A stretch of 64,000 nt of DNA from Heptranchias perlo (taxonomy: Eukaryota): NCBI RefSeq assembly GCF_035084215.1, contig NC_090349.1:8866001-8930000 (forward strand). Reading direction: 5' to 3'. Each line of letters opens with the position of its first letter. Within the stretch, counting starts at the first letter, position 1. This document shows positions 1 to 12,223 of the stretch, piece by piece. The notes beneath the pieces are model-generated. The model saw only the letters and a program-made list of their open reading frames with translations. It made no database searches and was not told the DNA's origin. The position numbers were made by a program, and so were the translations under genes.

Positions 1-3000
1 GGCAAATAACTTGATTAACACTAAATTAATTAAATAAATAAAATAATGGGAGAACAGGAGATATGTTGCTGCCGCAATATGTGGGAGCTTATGGACATTT
101 TTGTCCAGGGCGACTACATCTGCAGTAAGTGTCTGCAGCTCGAGGAACTTCAGCTCCAAGTTGAGCAGCTGGGGTCTGAGCTGCAGGGAGGGAGACAGCT
201 ACCTGGACCTTTTGCTCCAGGAGGCAGCCACGCCCCTTAGATTAAATACTTTAGAATTGGCACGTGGTCAGGGACAGGATGGTGTGACTGCGAGTGAGGC
301 AGGTACGGGGATCCAGGAGCTGGTATTGCAAGAGCTTCAGTCCCTGTGCTTGTCCAATAGATTTGAGGTTCTTGCAACTCTTGTGGACAAGTGCGGGTAC
401 TGCGGGGAGGACAAGCAAACTGACCACGGCACCATGGTACAGGAAGCCGTTCGGGGGGGGGAGTAAAAAGGACGGTGATTGTAGTAGGCGACAGTTTAGT
501 TAGGGGGATAGACACTGTTCTCTGCAGCCAGGAGTATGAGTCCCAAAGGCTATGTTGCATACCCGGTGCCAGGGTTAAGGTCATCTCTGCCGGGCTGGAG
601 AAGAACTTGGAGTGGGAGGGGGAGGATCCAGTTGCCGTGGTCAACGTAGGAACCAACGACATAGGTAGGACTAAGAAAAAGGTTCTGCTGAGAGAGTTTG
701 AGCAGCTAGGGACTAAATTAAAAAGCAAAACCACAAAGGTAACAATCTCTGGATTATTACCTGAGCCACGAGCAAATTGGCATAGGGTCAATAAGATCAG
801 GGAGATGAATGCGCGGCTCAAAGATTGGTGTGGGAGAAGTGGGTTTCGATTCGTGGGGCACTGGCACCAGTACTGGGGAAAGAGAGAGCGTTCCGTTGGG
901 ACGGACTACACCTGAACCATGCTGGGACCAGATTTCTAGCGAATGGAATAACTAGGGAGGTAGATAGGGCTTTAAACTAAATAAGGGGGGGGCGGTGGGG
1001 GAGAGGGTCCCGGTGAAGAGAAATCTAGAATGCCAAAGAGAAAAGACAAAGATGCAGTGCAGGAAAGCGATTGGGGTAAGGATAACCAGATTGTGTTAGG
1101 AAGGGACAGAGCGTACAAACAAAAGAGTGCACTAACAAATAGGGTCCGGGTAAGAAAAAATGATAAGACAAATAGGGCCATAGTACAAAAAAATGTTAAG
1201 ATGTCGAAAAATGTTTAAAAGACAAATCTAAAGGCACTGTATCTGAATGCACCAAGCATTCATAAGGTAGACAAATTAGCAGCGCAAATAGATGTAAACG
1301 GATATAATTGCAATTACAGAGATATGGCTGCAGGGTGACCAAGGCTGGGAGCTGAATATCCAAAGGTATTCGATGTTTAGGAAGGACAGGCAAAAAGGAA
1401 AAGGAGGTGGGGTGGCGTTATTAGTAAAGGATGAAATCAGAGCAATAGTGAGAGGATATTGGCTCAGAAAATCAAGATATAGAATCAGTCTTGGTGGAGT
1501 TAAGAAGCAATAAGGGGCAGAAAACATTGGTGGGAGTTGTCTATTGGCCTCCAAACAGTAGTGGTAAAGTAGGGGATGGCATCAAACAGGGAATTAGAGA
1601 TGCATGTAACAAGGAACATAAAAATGGACTGTAAAAGCTTCTACAAGTATGTAAAAAGAAAAAGATTAGTGAAGACAAATATAGGTCCTTACAGTCAGAA
1701 ACGGGAAAATTTATAATGGGATACAAGGAAATGGCAGAACAATTAAACAAATAGTTTGGTTCTGTCTTCTTGGAAGAGGACACAAATAACTTCCCAGAAA
1801 TGCTAGGGAACCAAGGGACTAGTGAGAAGGAGGAATTAAAGGAAATTAGTATCAGTAAAAAAAAGTGCTAGAGAAATTATTGGGACTGAAAGCCGATAAA
1901 TCCCCAGGGCCTGATAATCTGCATCCCAGAGTACAAAGAGGTAGCCATGGAAATAGTGGATACATTGGTTGTCATCTTCCAAAATCCTATTGATTATGGA
2001 ACAGTTCCTGCAGATTGGAGGGTGGCAAATGTAACCCCACTATTTAAAAAAGGAGGGAGAGAGAAAACAGGGAACTGCAGACCGGTTAGCCTAACATCAG
2101 TAGTAGGGAAAATGCTAGAGTCTATTATAAAGGATGTGATAACAGGGCACGTAGAAAATATCAACGGGATTGACAAAGTCAACATGGACTTATGAAAGGG
2201 AAATCATGTTTGACAAACCTCCTGGAGTTTTGAGGATGTAACTGGTAGAATAGATAAGGGAAAGCCAGTGAATGTGGTTTATTTGGATTTTCAGAAGGCC
2301 TTTGATAAATTCCCACATAAGAGGTTAGTGTGCAAAATTAAAGCACATGGGATTGGGGGTAATACACTGGCATGGATTGAAAATTGGTTAACAGACAGGA
2401 AAGAGAGTAGGAATAAATGGATCTTTTACAGGGTGGCAGGCAGTGATTAGTGGGGTACCGCAGGGATCGGTGCTTGGGCCCCAGCTATTAACAATATATA
2501 TCCATGATTTGGATGAGGGAACCAAATGTAATATTTCCAAGTTTGCTGATGACACAAAACTAGGTGGGATCATGAGTTGTGAGGAGGATGCAAAGAGGCT
2601 TCAAGGCGATTTAGACAAGTTGAATGAGTGGGCAAATACATGGCAGATGCAGTATAATGTGGATAAATGTGAAGTAATCCACTTCAGAAGGAAAAATAGA
2701 AAGGCAGCGTATTATTTAAATGGTGATCGATTGGGAAATGTTGATGTACAAAGGGACCTGGGTGTCCTTGTACACCAGTCAGTGAAAGCAAACATGCAGG
2801 TGCAGCAAGCAGTTAGGAAGGCAAATGGTATGTTGGCCTTCATTGCAAGAGGATTTGAGTACAGGAGCAAGAATGTCTTACTGCAGTTATACAGGGCCTA
2901 GGTGAGACCACACCTGGAGTATTGTGTGCAGTTTTGGTCTCCTTACCTAAAAGGATATACTTGCCATAGTGGAGTTCAGCGAAGGTCCTCCAGACTGATT

Positions 3001-3467
3001 CCTGGGATGGCAGGACAGTCGTATGAGCAGGTTGAGTCGACTCGGCCTGTATTTACTCGAGTTTAGAAAAATGAGAGAGGATCTCATTGAAATGTATAAA
3101 ATTCTGACAGGGCTAGACAGGCTGGATGCAGGGAGGATGTTTCCCATGGCTGGGGGTGGTCCAAAACGAGGGGTCACATTCTCAGGATACGGGGTAGGAC
3201 ATTTAGGACTGAGATGAGGAGAAATTTCTTCACTGAGGGTGGTGAACCTGTGGAATTCCCTACCACAGAAGGCAGTGGAGGCCAAGTCACTGAATATATT
3301 TAAGAATGAGAGATAAATTTCTAGACACAAAAGGCATCAAGCAGTATGGGGAGAGAGCAGGAATATGGTATTAAGATGGAGGATCAGCCATGATCATATT
3401 GAATGGCGGGGCAGGCTCGAAAGGCCAAATGGCCTACTCCTGCTCCTATTTTCTATGTTTCAATGTT
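1..3467 (+). mobile_element. Near full-length, degraded CR1 LINE (ORF1 zinc finger/coiled coil/SGNH esterase; ORF2 APE endonuclease + RT), with an internal deletion
   Basis: ORF1 pieces CCCRNMWE..ICSKC and IVVGDSLVRG..VGTNDIG; ORF2 pieces [28 protein letters not shown]; CR1 3' tail GGCCTACTCCTGCTCCTATTTTCTATGTT; many frameshifts and stops. It lies in a PPIL2 intron, antisense to the gene. Confidence 0.93.
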
Positions 3468-5182
3468 AAGCTTGGAATATGCACTCCTGTTGAAGCCCAG
3501 TAGAGGGCTCTGCACCACAGTTGGGCCACCACAACCTTAAAATGATTCATTAATGAATAATGGCTTCAGTGTCTGATGCACCAACTTTGCAAATGTAAAC
3601 GTACTCCAGTAGACCAATACTAAATTAAAGGGGTTAACTACAGGTAAGTTTAATTTGTGATGAACGCTCACTCCTACACCACCTCAGTAGTTTTAACGGT
3701 TTTATAAAATATTTGCACTTACTGGCTGCCTCTTCCATCCATTTGTTACAGCACAGACTATAATAGATGTCAGCACCCTAAATACCAAATGCAGTACCTT
3801 CTCAGGGTACGTGGGTGAATTCAGTCCTCGCTGCTTCTGGGAATGCTGTGCTTGTGGAGCCCTTAACAATAACAACACAGCAGCTTGTAAACAGAGATTC
3901 ACTGCCACAAGGACGATTCGCAGACAGTAAAACCTAGCTGCCAAGATTTAAATTTCAGCAGTAATAATGCTGACACTGCAGTGGTGCACTGCTGGCTAGT
4001 TCTGATGAACAGTCACACTGGAAAAGTTAAGCTATCTTTCTCTTCAAATGTTGCATATTTCTGGGGTTTTCTGTTTTTATTTCAGATTTCCATCATCAAC
4101 GTTTTCTTGTTACCTCTCTCATTTCAATGGCGTGTTGACACCATCATGATCCATGTATTTGAGCTGGCATGCAGTATTTACAAAATACTCCAATTAAAAG
4201 AAAATCAAAGAAATCAGGATTCTCATCTCCAGTTCTTTTCCAGAAAGTTGAGAAAATAGCTGCTTCCATTGGGAGAAATAGAATTCCTGCCATCATGGCT
4301 CGCGATTCTTTGATCTTTTTTGACAGAAAGGACTTGAACCTGAGCAATGTTACGGTGCGTTCTTTTTAAAGCAAATCCTTGCCTAAATGAGATTAGCTCC
4401 CCAAGACGGCCCCCATGCTGAATTGTGGGTCGGTAGGCAGATAACTGTAATTACAAATGTGAGATGGAAAGTTCTTTCTCTGAGGCCCAGTTCATTAACC
4501 ATGTCTGGTTATTGAGAAAGACAATTTGTTCCTTGGTGTTGGAACCCTTATGATTTCAGTGGGGACCAAGCGAGGGGCTTTTGAAAATCAACACAGATAC
4601 CAACAGGAAGTCAAGCAGCAGAAGGCAGTAAAGGGAGCGACCCACTGTCCTGGATGGTATGACAGGGTAGGGAGAGATTGTGCTTCTAAGTTGAGTTAGA
4701 CAACCTGCTGGAGTGGGCTAGCGCTTGTGAATTCTTCATTCTTCTAACAGTACAAACAGAAGTTATACTGGTTGTGCAATAAACCAGCTTGCTGTTTGAA
4801 CCAAACTTCACCTCATCCAGTGTTAACTCTGTCCGCCTTCAGAGAGATTGAAGAAGTACCCATGCATAAGCCATTGAAATCTGGCCGTGATCACAAGTGA
4901 GTTTTATTGTTACATTCCTGGGTCTTGCTACCACACAAGTAGACACAGGGCAGTGGGAGTCAATTTCCATAAAAAGTAGGTGCATGGACTGCTTATGGGA
5001 GCGACTGTTACCACTGAGCAGGAGAAAATATCCACAGTAGACCTGAATTTGTTACACTGCATTAAACTCCACGACATATTCCAGCAGCCACTCCTCTACA
5101 CAGCAGCACTTCTTTCTAAGACTCACATTGGAATGCAAGCAAAGGCTACTATGCTAAGTAATAATAAGACTTTTATACTCAC

Positions 5183-5245
5183 AGGAGATCAAACACCATT
5201 CCATCAGGGGTACACACTGGGTACTCAAAGGGTTGAAGGGACAAG
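5183..5245 (-). CDS. PPIL2: PPIL2 coding exon 4 (U-box region): SLSLQPFEYPVCTPDGMVFDLL
   Basis: 63-nt exon with tttcag acceptor and gtgagt donor; phase fits exon 3; matches human PPIL2 SLSLQPFVYPVCTPDGIVFDLL as recalled. Later exons were not found in the window. Confidence 0.95.
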
Positions 5246-6619
5246 CTGAAAGAGAAAGCAGCAGCAAGGTCAGTAAAACCCAACTGTGAGTGATAAGACC
5301 ATATACCTTCACTTGGCACATTGAAGACAAACAGACAATGCAGGACTGAGACGACCAAAACACCTTCAAACCTCGCACCCTATTCATTTCGAGCTGCGTA
5401 CACACAGCCCTATCTAGAGGCTGCATTCCAGTGCAAGTCACAGGTTGCGACTGAGACAGCATTTGGAAGGGGGCAGGGTGTAAAAATTAAGTCTAAGTAA
5501 GCACATACTAAACATACATTTCAGCTGGACAGACCCATGAGATTAAATCCACTTGTCTGCACAGCATATCATACAAAGTGCCCGAAGAATCACTTCTAAC
5601 ATCTTATAAATTCTTTAAACAGGCACAAGCACCTTGCATCATGATCAAAGATTAGAATGAACTGACTTAAACTGCAATAACTAATTGGGCTAAGTTTGTT
5701 GTGTATCTTTTATTTGTGTTTTAAAGTTAAACATTCACCCAAGAATCAGAAAACTACTGAAAAAATGGATTCTGAATGAAGTAAAAGCATTTTTATTTAA
5801 AAAGATAAAAATACATTATTTTAAGCATGTGATTTGTGCTTGTGACTGCAGCACTTTCCATTAATAATACAGGGGGGGTGGCAGGTAGTATGAAATGAAG
5901 GCGAATGGTTCAAGATACCAGCTCATGTGGTGAGGCAGAGCTGGCAACACTGGTTTATTGACAAAGAATTCAGGGCAAAGTTTTGGAATGAAACAGGTTT
6001 GGAAACGGGACCACAGACTGACATCATCCTACAACACACTCGCCTGTAAGTTAATGGGGACATGGATTCAAACTTGGAAGAGAAAGGTAAAATGTATAAT
6101 CTCGACACAGAGGGTGGTAAACACCTGATTATAATCTACCCAAGGAAGCGGAGGAAGTTACAATTTTAATGGAGTGATGTATAAATTTTGGACAGACAAG
6201 GCTGTTGAAGGGTATCGAGGTAAAGTGGACTAGAATGTCTATGATACATGAGACCGGCCTGAAGGAGACAGATGGTTCTCTGTTTTTTGTATGGTCTAAT
6301 GTTTCTAAGGGTATTGCAATATATTGGATCGAGAAGCGGCAGAACGGGGTGGACGGCACAGGGGGCGGGGAAGAAACTTTGAGGACTTCTAGCCGACAGT
6401 GAAAGGAGAATTCTGGAAAAGTACAAGGACTTCCTGCAGAAACCTTAGAATAAACTTTAAGCAGTGAGAAGATTCACACTAAATTACTTGTTCTAAATCA
6501 CATAGCTCCTATGCCATCTGCAATTGAATGCCATCGCATTACTAATACAATGTACTTTCAGGAGCACAAATAAGCCAGAGTTACAGTAGAGTAAAGCAGC
6601 ATCAACAAGAAGGCCTTAC

Positions 6620-6665
6620 CTGCAGTGATCGAAGGGCAAGCGACGGAAGTTTGCTTGTGGTATAA
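6620..6665 (-). CDS. PPIL2: PPIL2 coding exon 3: VIPQANFRRLPFDHC(S)
   Basis: 46-nt exon with cgcag acceptor and gtaagg donor; NFRRLPFDHC motif of PPIL2. Confidence 0.95.
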
Positions 6666-7136
6666 CTGCGGGGGGGGGGGGGGGGGGGGGGAAAGAAATA
6701 ATGATAATTCTTATCTTGAAGAGAACCACATCCACTGACATCTTAAATGCAATAGCCACATAACAGCTCATTTTATATATAAGTGAGAACTGGAACGCCT
6801 GCCAGTCTACCGGGGTCAGGCCTTGCACTTTGCAGTCAACCTAGCTGAGCAGGCAAGCTGGGTGCTGTCACCCATCTGTGGCCTGACCCTGTTGCCTCGA
6901 CACCACGTGGTAGTGACAGATCACTGAGCCTGACACCACAGACGACTCGGACATGGGGTGAAGGAAAACAGGACCAGTCACGTAGGTATGCTGGACCAAC
7001 CATCTAAATGATCAGAATCCTCTCCAGAGACGGCAGCATTTTTTTTTCTAAAACTAAATAAAACATAAATGATGCCGTAATTTCCTTTTTAATCAAATTC
7101 CACTTTGTAATAGGCAGGTCCTGAATGTCAGATCAG

Positions 7137-7216
7137 GGGAATGGGACCAATTGGGTAGCTCTTTCAAGAAGCCAGCACAGGCATGATGGGCTGAATGGCC
7201 TCCTTCTGTGCTGTGC
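7137..7216 (+). mobile_element. Short CR1 3' tail fragment
   Basis: GCTCTTTCAAGAAGCCAGCACAGGCATGATGGGCTGAATGGCCTCCTTCTGTGCTGT; similar tails at about 35330-35430, 38440-38540 and 51650-51750. Confidence 0.65.
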
Positions 7217-8505
7217 CACAATTTTATGAGCAGAGCCATTTTTCACCCCAATCTCACAAATGATCAACAGTGCTAGAATTTTGATATCTTTAGGAGATAT
7301 GAAATTACCGAGCCATCTCCTACACAAGCATTAGTTAAGTATCAAAACAAGGAGGCAAAAATCAAAGCTTACAAGTTCCTGTCTGGTTAGAACCCAATAT
7401 GTAAAACTGATTTTAACACTAAACCTACCAGCACAAAGCGTGTGGTTTGGACAACTAACTTACAGTGTGATGGGAAGTACTGTAAGTGGAGTTTAAAGAC
7501 ATTGGTGTAAGACATGTTCTCCAGAACAGATGAGGTTGTAGCTGCGGTGTGCAATTCAGTGAATCACAGCACAGTAAGAAGTGGCCCTTTGACTGTCCTT
7601 CACTGAAGCACCTTTCCACTATATGCTCTTCCATAAGAACCTGTTCACTGCTGAAGTCATTAATATTTTACTGAGCTATTCACCAACCAATGTTAACTAA
7701 ACAAAAAGTGAAGGGGCTTCTGCCAGTGGGTATGCAAGCAACAAATATCAAATAGGCATTTAAAAACCACGATGTACAACAGAAACACTGACAATACTGG
7801 AAAAATATACATCTGAAAAGGGAAAAATGGCCTAACATTGTGTGTTACCTGATTAAGGCATCCCCACTCAACCCCTTAAACCTAGGCATTGGCACTCATC
7901 AGCCTCTGGCCTCCAGGGGAAGACATGAAGCAGATGACAGGCCCCTCCACGTCCATCATCAGCTTCCACTCCGCCAGAAGGTACAGTTCACATTGAAGTA
8001 GCTGGGCTGGGGTTGGTTCTTCTGCACTGAGATATGCTACGTGATACAAGGCAGTACCACAGCTTTGTACATGGCTTTTCTACTCAGACTAGGGGCATAC
8101 TTCCAGTGACACATGCACGTGGTACTTCAAGAGCTCAGGAAGGTTGCCTTCCTGCAACATGGCACTCCATGTAGCATCGTGAAAATGTGGCATCTCACCA
8201 CCTTCAGAAATGGTTCCTCTCACTGTATAGCAAATCAAGTTCAAAGTTCAGTAACTGACTGCATTTCCTGCTCCACTAGCCTTTAAACCCAACTTCCTCC
8301 ACTCCATTCCATTCTTGCCTTGAATCCACATTCAATCAAACCTTTAAAGGCTTCCCCAAAACAAGTATGTTACAGTTCAAATATAATTCTGCAATTTACA
8401 TAGATCAATAAGCCAATACTCCACTGCCTGTAGGTATGGTACCAACAGAATCCTCAATACCCTGCTACCTAGGAACAGTGCAAATTCAGTCATCCTACTT
8501 GTTAC

Positions 8506-8555
8506 CTGTTTTCTTGCCACCATAGAAGTTGGTGTATTCTGTACAGGTGATGTAC
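8506..8555 (-). CDS. PPIL2: PPIL2 coding exon 2: (M)YITCTEYTNFYGGKKT
   Basis: 50-nt exon with ttttgcag acceptor and gtaaca donor; matches PPIL2 MYITCAEYTHFYGGKK. Confidence 0.95.
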
Positions 8556-9616
8556 CTGCAAAAGAAAAGTAAAGCTCAGTTCAAATACTGCAAACAGTAT
8601 AAAGAGAAGCAGGCTGCAATTTAGGTATTCAGCAGTGCAAGTCAGTCAAAGGAATATACACACACTGACAGCTTGAGTTAAAGTTAAAAACTACATCTCT
8701 AGTATACTAATTTGATTCCCTCACATTGTCTGGCTCAGTAACTCCATAACTGTATCCTAGCAAAAACCACTGCCTTCAGGAAAGATGGGGGATAATATGA
8801 AGTGAGCTGAGAGGACAGGAAGGACTCACAACAGCACACAGGGTTTGATGCAAGGTAAAGCTCTCTTTGCTCTTCCCCAACAACATGCCTTACCCCCAAC
8901 TTCAGAAGAGCATCCATACTGTGCCAATGGGTGTTATTCCAGTGCCAAAACACAGCTCAAGCAATTTCAACTAGACAGTGACTCATTTTGGAACTGGCCA
9001 AACATAATGTAGTCTTTGCTGGTCCTGTACTTGGCTACATTCTTTGATGGTGGGGTGTCATGATAGAGGCAAGCTCCCTCCTATGCACCACCTGATTAGG
9101 TTAGAAAGTGCAGTTATGATTTTATTTCACTGACAAATATAGGGACTACCAAAGCTTCTACGTAATGTGGTATAACACCATTTCAGTGTAAATTGTGCCT
9201 TGCAATTAAAGAAGCCTGCTGTTCATCACTGGAGACTGACAAGACACCAGTTGCTGGCTTAAAAAAGGAAACTTGCCAAGATGCAAACCCTAAACTCTCC
9301 TTGTATATATACATATATATATATATTGCATAGAACAACAATGATGGCCAGAGTGAAATTCAAGTAGGCAACACATCTCAGGATAAACAAGGTCCTCATT
9401 TACAGATGCTTGAGGTCTTTTCAATCCCTCAATTGGTATTACTGCCTCACAACACATTACATCCTGTTTCCTCACATATAAACCATGTGAACCCCTGGAG
9501 GATCACATAAATACTGAGATGATGAAATACAGAAAACATTACCACTTTCAAGAGGAGGGGGGTGGAACTGGAAGGAAGGTGAATTTAAAATAGGAACCAC
9601 CGCACAAAGATAGCAT

Positions 9617-9960
9617 ACAACAACTTTAATTTATATTGCACCTTTAGTGTAGTAAAACATCCCATGGGGCTTCACAGTGGCAAAATCAGGCAACAACTGA
9701 CACCAAACCAAAGGCGATATTAGGACAGGTGACCAAATGCTTGATCAAAGTGATAGGTTTGAAGGAGCTTATTAAAAGGAGAGGCGGAGAAGGAATTCCA
9801 GTTTAGGCTCCATACAGGGCAAAGGAAGTGGGTGATGGACAAGAGGCCAGAATTGGAGGAGTGCAGAGATCTTGGAGGGCTGTAGGAGGAGGTTACAGAG
9901 ATAGGGAGGGGCGAGGCCAGGGAGGGATTTGAACACAAAGGTGAAAATTTTAAAATAAAG
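9617..9960 (-). mobile_element. L2 LINE 3' fragment
   Basis: Reverse complement of the L2 3' end (ACAACAAC..TTTATA..GCACCTTTA..GTAGTAAAACATCCC; GGACAGGTGACCAAA), repeated several times in the window. Confidence 0.8.
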
Positions 9961-10120
9961 GAGTGGACAAGGCGGAGATTTATTCAGTGAGTGGATCCGG
10001 CCTGTCGCCTTTCATCAGTTGTGAGCTGTGGGTCTGCTCTGCTTATTGGAGACTCTCAGTGTCACAGACCACGGGCTACAGGAAGAACACGCGGCCCACA
10101 GCCACATACTCGCCGCTCAC

Positions 10121-10152
10121 ATTTTATCTTTCTGATGCTGTCTCTTCCCCAT
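10121..10152 (-). CDS. PPIL2: PPIL2 coding exon 1: MGKRQHQKDK(M)
   Basis: ATG at 10152-10150, 32 coding nt, gtgagc donor; N-terminus matches vertebrate PPIL2. The four exons splice in frame (32+50+46+63 nt). Confidence 0.96.
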
Positions 10153-10400
10153 AGTGACTGGATTTCCTGCCGCTGCCTCGAACAAACACCGTAAATAAAA
10201 CTCCAACCAACTGCTACCCAACACCGGAAACAGACTTCTCTCACTTCCTAACAACCAGTCCGCCTGCTATAACTTGCCGGTCAGACCCGGAGCGCTGATC
10301 AGAATGTTCCGCCTCGTACCAGCATTACGGTTGGGTTGGGAGGGTGCAATGCTGCAGGAAATCGTTGTGAAATGGTCTCTATCGCAATTTAACGAGGGGT
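10153..10400 (-). promoter_or_regulatory. PPIL2 5'UTR and CpG-rich housekeeping promoter
   Basis: Local CpG enrichment directly upstream of the ATG, and an ETS-like CCGGAA near 10224. Confidence 0.6.
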
Positions 10401-10554
10401 CCAGTACTCAGGATTGTTTGTTTATATTATTTTGCAGGTTACAATCATTATCTGTCTGGTTGCACTGAATGCACAGCTCCAATAGGGGTTATGTTCAATA
10501 TACCATTTTTCGCTGTGTGGGAAAATCAACTATGAATTTATTTTATCCATCGTT

Positions 10555-10740
10555 AGGATGGGACATATGAAATTGATGGGCAGGAAAAGACCAGATGGTT
10601 CTTCAAGTCTGCCCCATACACCACCATGCCTGGAGCATCACGACTAGACGCCCCACAACCAGATAGTGTAATCTCCTGGGAGAGGCAAAAACCCAGGGCC
10701 AATAAGGGAAAAAATACTCTGGAAAGTTCCTGTGACCCCC
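10555..10740 (-). mobile_element. Old retroposon 3' fragment (CR1-type tail), related to 40010-40225
   Basis: Shares GTAATCTCYTGGGAGAGG..AAAACCCAGGCCAAT.AAGGGAAA..TCTGGAAAGTTCC with the opposite-strand copy at about 40010-40225. Confidence 0.5.
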
Positions 10741-11436
10741 ATATGTACATATATATGTAAAACAGAGTAATTCCACAGATACGTGACAATATTTACACAC
10801 TGAAGTACTTTCGCCTTTAAGTACTTACTAATGACAATATTGACTCCTGGGGTTACCTTCACCTTCAATTGCTTGTCAGTGATTGTACTACCTTATTGCA
10901 TTACAATCAAAAATCAGTATTTAAAGAAGGTAATCCTGTAGATTAGTACACAACAAGAATTTAAAGGAGAATGCATTTATTCTTGCTTTCTCCTGTTCTC
11001 AACTCCATTCCTTGCTATGTGCCCACATAACATGCCCTGTGCTACCATGTTCTGCATTCACTACCCTGTACCTCTATGCACTGCCCTATGTCTGACATCC
11101 TAGTCCCAAGTTCCAATGATTTGCTCTATGTTTTCATATTACCTTGCCCTATGCTCCCAAATCCTGATTTTTGACCTCAAAATCAGGAGGATGGGAGGGT
11201 GGTTTGGGATGTGGCAGAACAAGGAAGGTGGTGGTGGGGTGTGGGATAATAGGAGAGGGGGTTACTGGGTATGGAAGTACTGGAAAATGGATACGGGGGT
11301 GGGGGGTCAATGGAGGAGGGGGTTACAGGGTACCTCGAATAAAGTATTGCAGCAATAGGGGTTTTCTTGGGACAGGTCATCAGTGAGTAATGAAGGGAGT
11401 ATCCAGAGTGCAAAATAGAAATTTGAATTCCTTGTA

Positions 11437-11760
11437 TAACAACAACTTGCATTTATATAGCACATTTAACGTAGTAAAACGTCCCAAGGTGCTTCACAGG
11501 AGTGTAATCAGACAAAAACTGACCCGAGCCAAACAAGGACCAGGTGATCAAAGCATAGTCAAAGAGGTCGGTTTTAAGCAGGGTCTTAAAGGGGGAAGAG
11601 TGAGGTGAGGTTTGGGAAGGGAATTGATAGCTGAAGGTACAGCCACCAGTGGTGGGGCGAAGGAAGTGGGCGGTGTACAAGAGGTCAGAATTGGAGGAAT
11701 ACAGAGTGCTCGGAAGGTGGTAGGGCTGGAGGAGATCACAGAGCTAGGGAAAGGCGAGGT
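11437..11760 (-). mobile_element. L2 LINE 3' fragment
   Basis: AACAACAACTTGCATTTATATAGCACATTTAACGTAGTAAAACGTCCCAAGG L2 tail. Confidence 0.8.
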
Positions 11761-12223
11761 CAATAATTAGAGAACAGGAGATTGATTCAAAGTGACTCTT
11801 TATATTCTGATATTAATGCGCTATTTCTGCTTACGTTGGCGTTTGCTTTGCGAATGGCCACTGATTAGGGAAGGTGACAAGTATCGATAACAGTTGAATC
11901 GAAGCCAAGACAGCAGTGAGTGCGGGAACGGTGGGAGGACGCCACAGAAGAGAATGTCTCTTCCCACTGAAAACTCCGAGCCATAATAAGGAGTTGGATG
12001 TAGACGAAGCGAATGCAGCCTCCCCCATTATGTAAACTGTATGTAAACAACGGCTCCCTATAATTACTGACATTCTCGCAGCAGAAACTCACAGCAAAAA
12101 TATAATTATCAATAGATTACTTTGGAGAACTAGTTGAGCGTTCAACTTTCAAAGACCACATGCACTATGATTGAACCGAGCATTAAGAATCCTTGTATAA
12201 TATTTGAATTATGCTAACTTTGA

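Noticed and set aside
3981-4369. Overlapping 66-92 aa ORFs in the PPIL2 intron; also searched here for PPIL2 exon 5
   Set aside because: No recognisable homology or splice context. The expected NIVPW.KKYG exon is not seen and presumably lies left of the window.
7990-8170. Minus-strand KAMYKAVVLP-like peptide resembling an RTE LINE remnant
   Set aside because: Too degraded to assign family or boundaries by eye.
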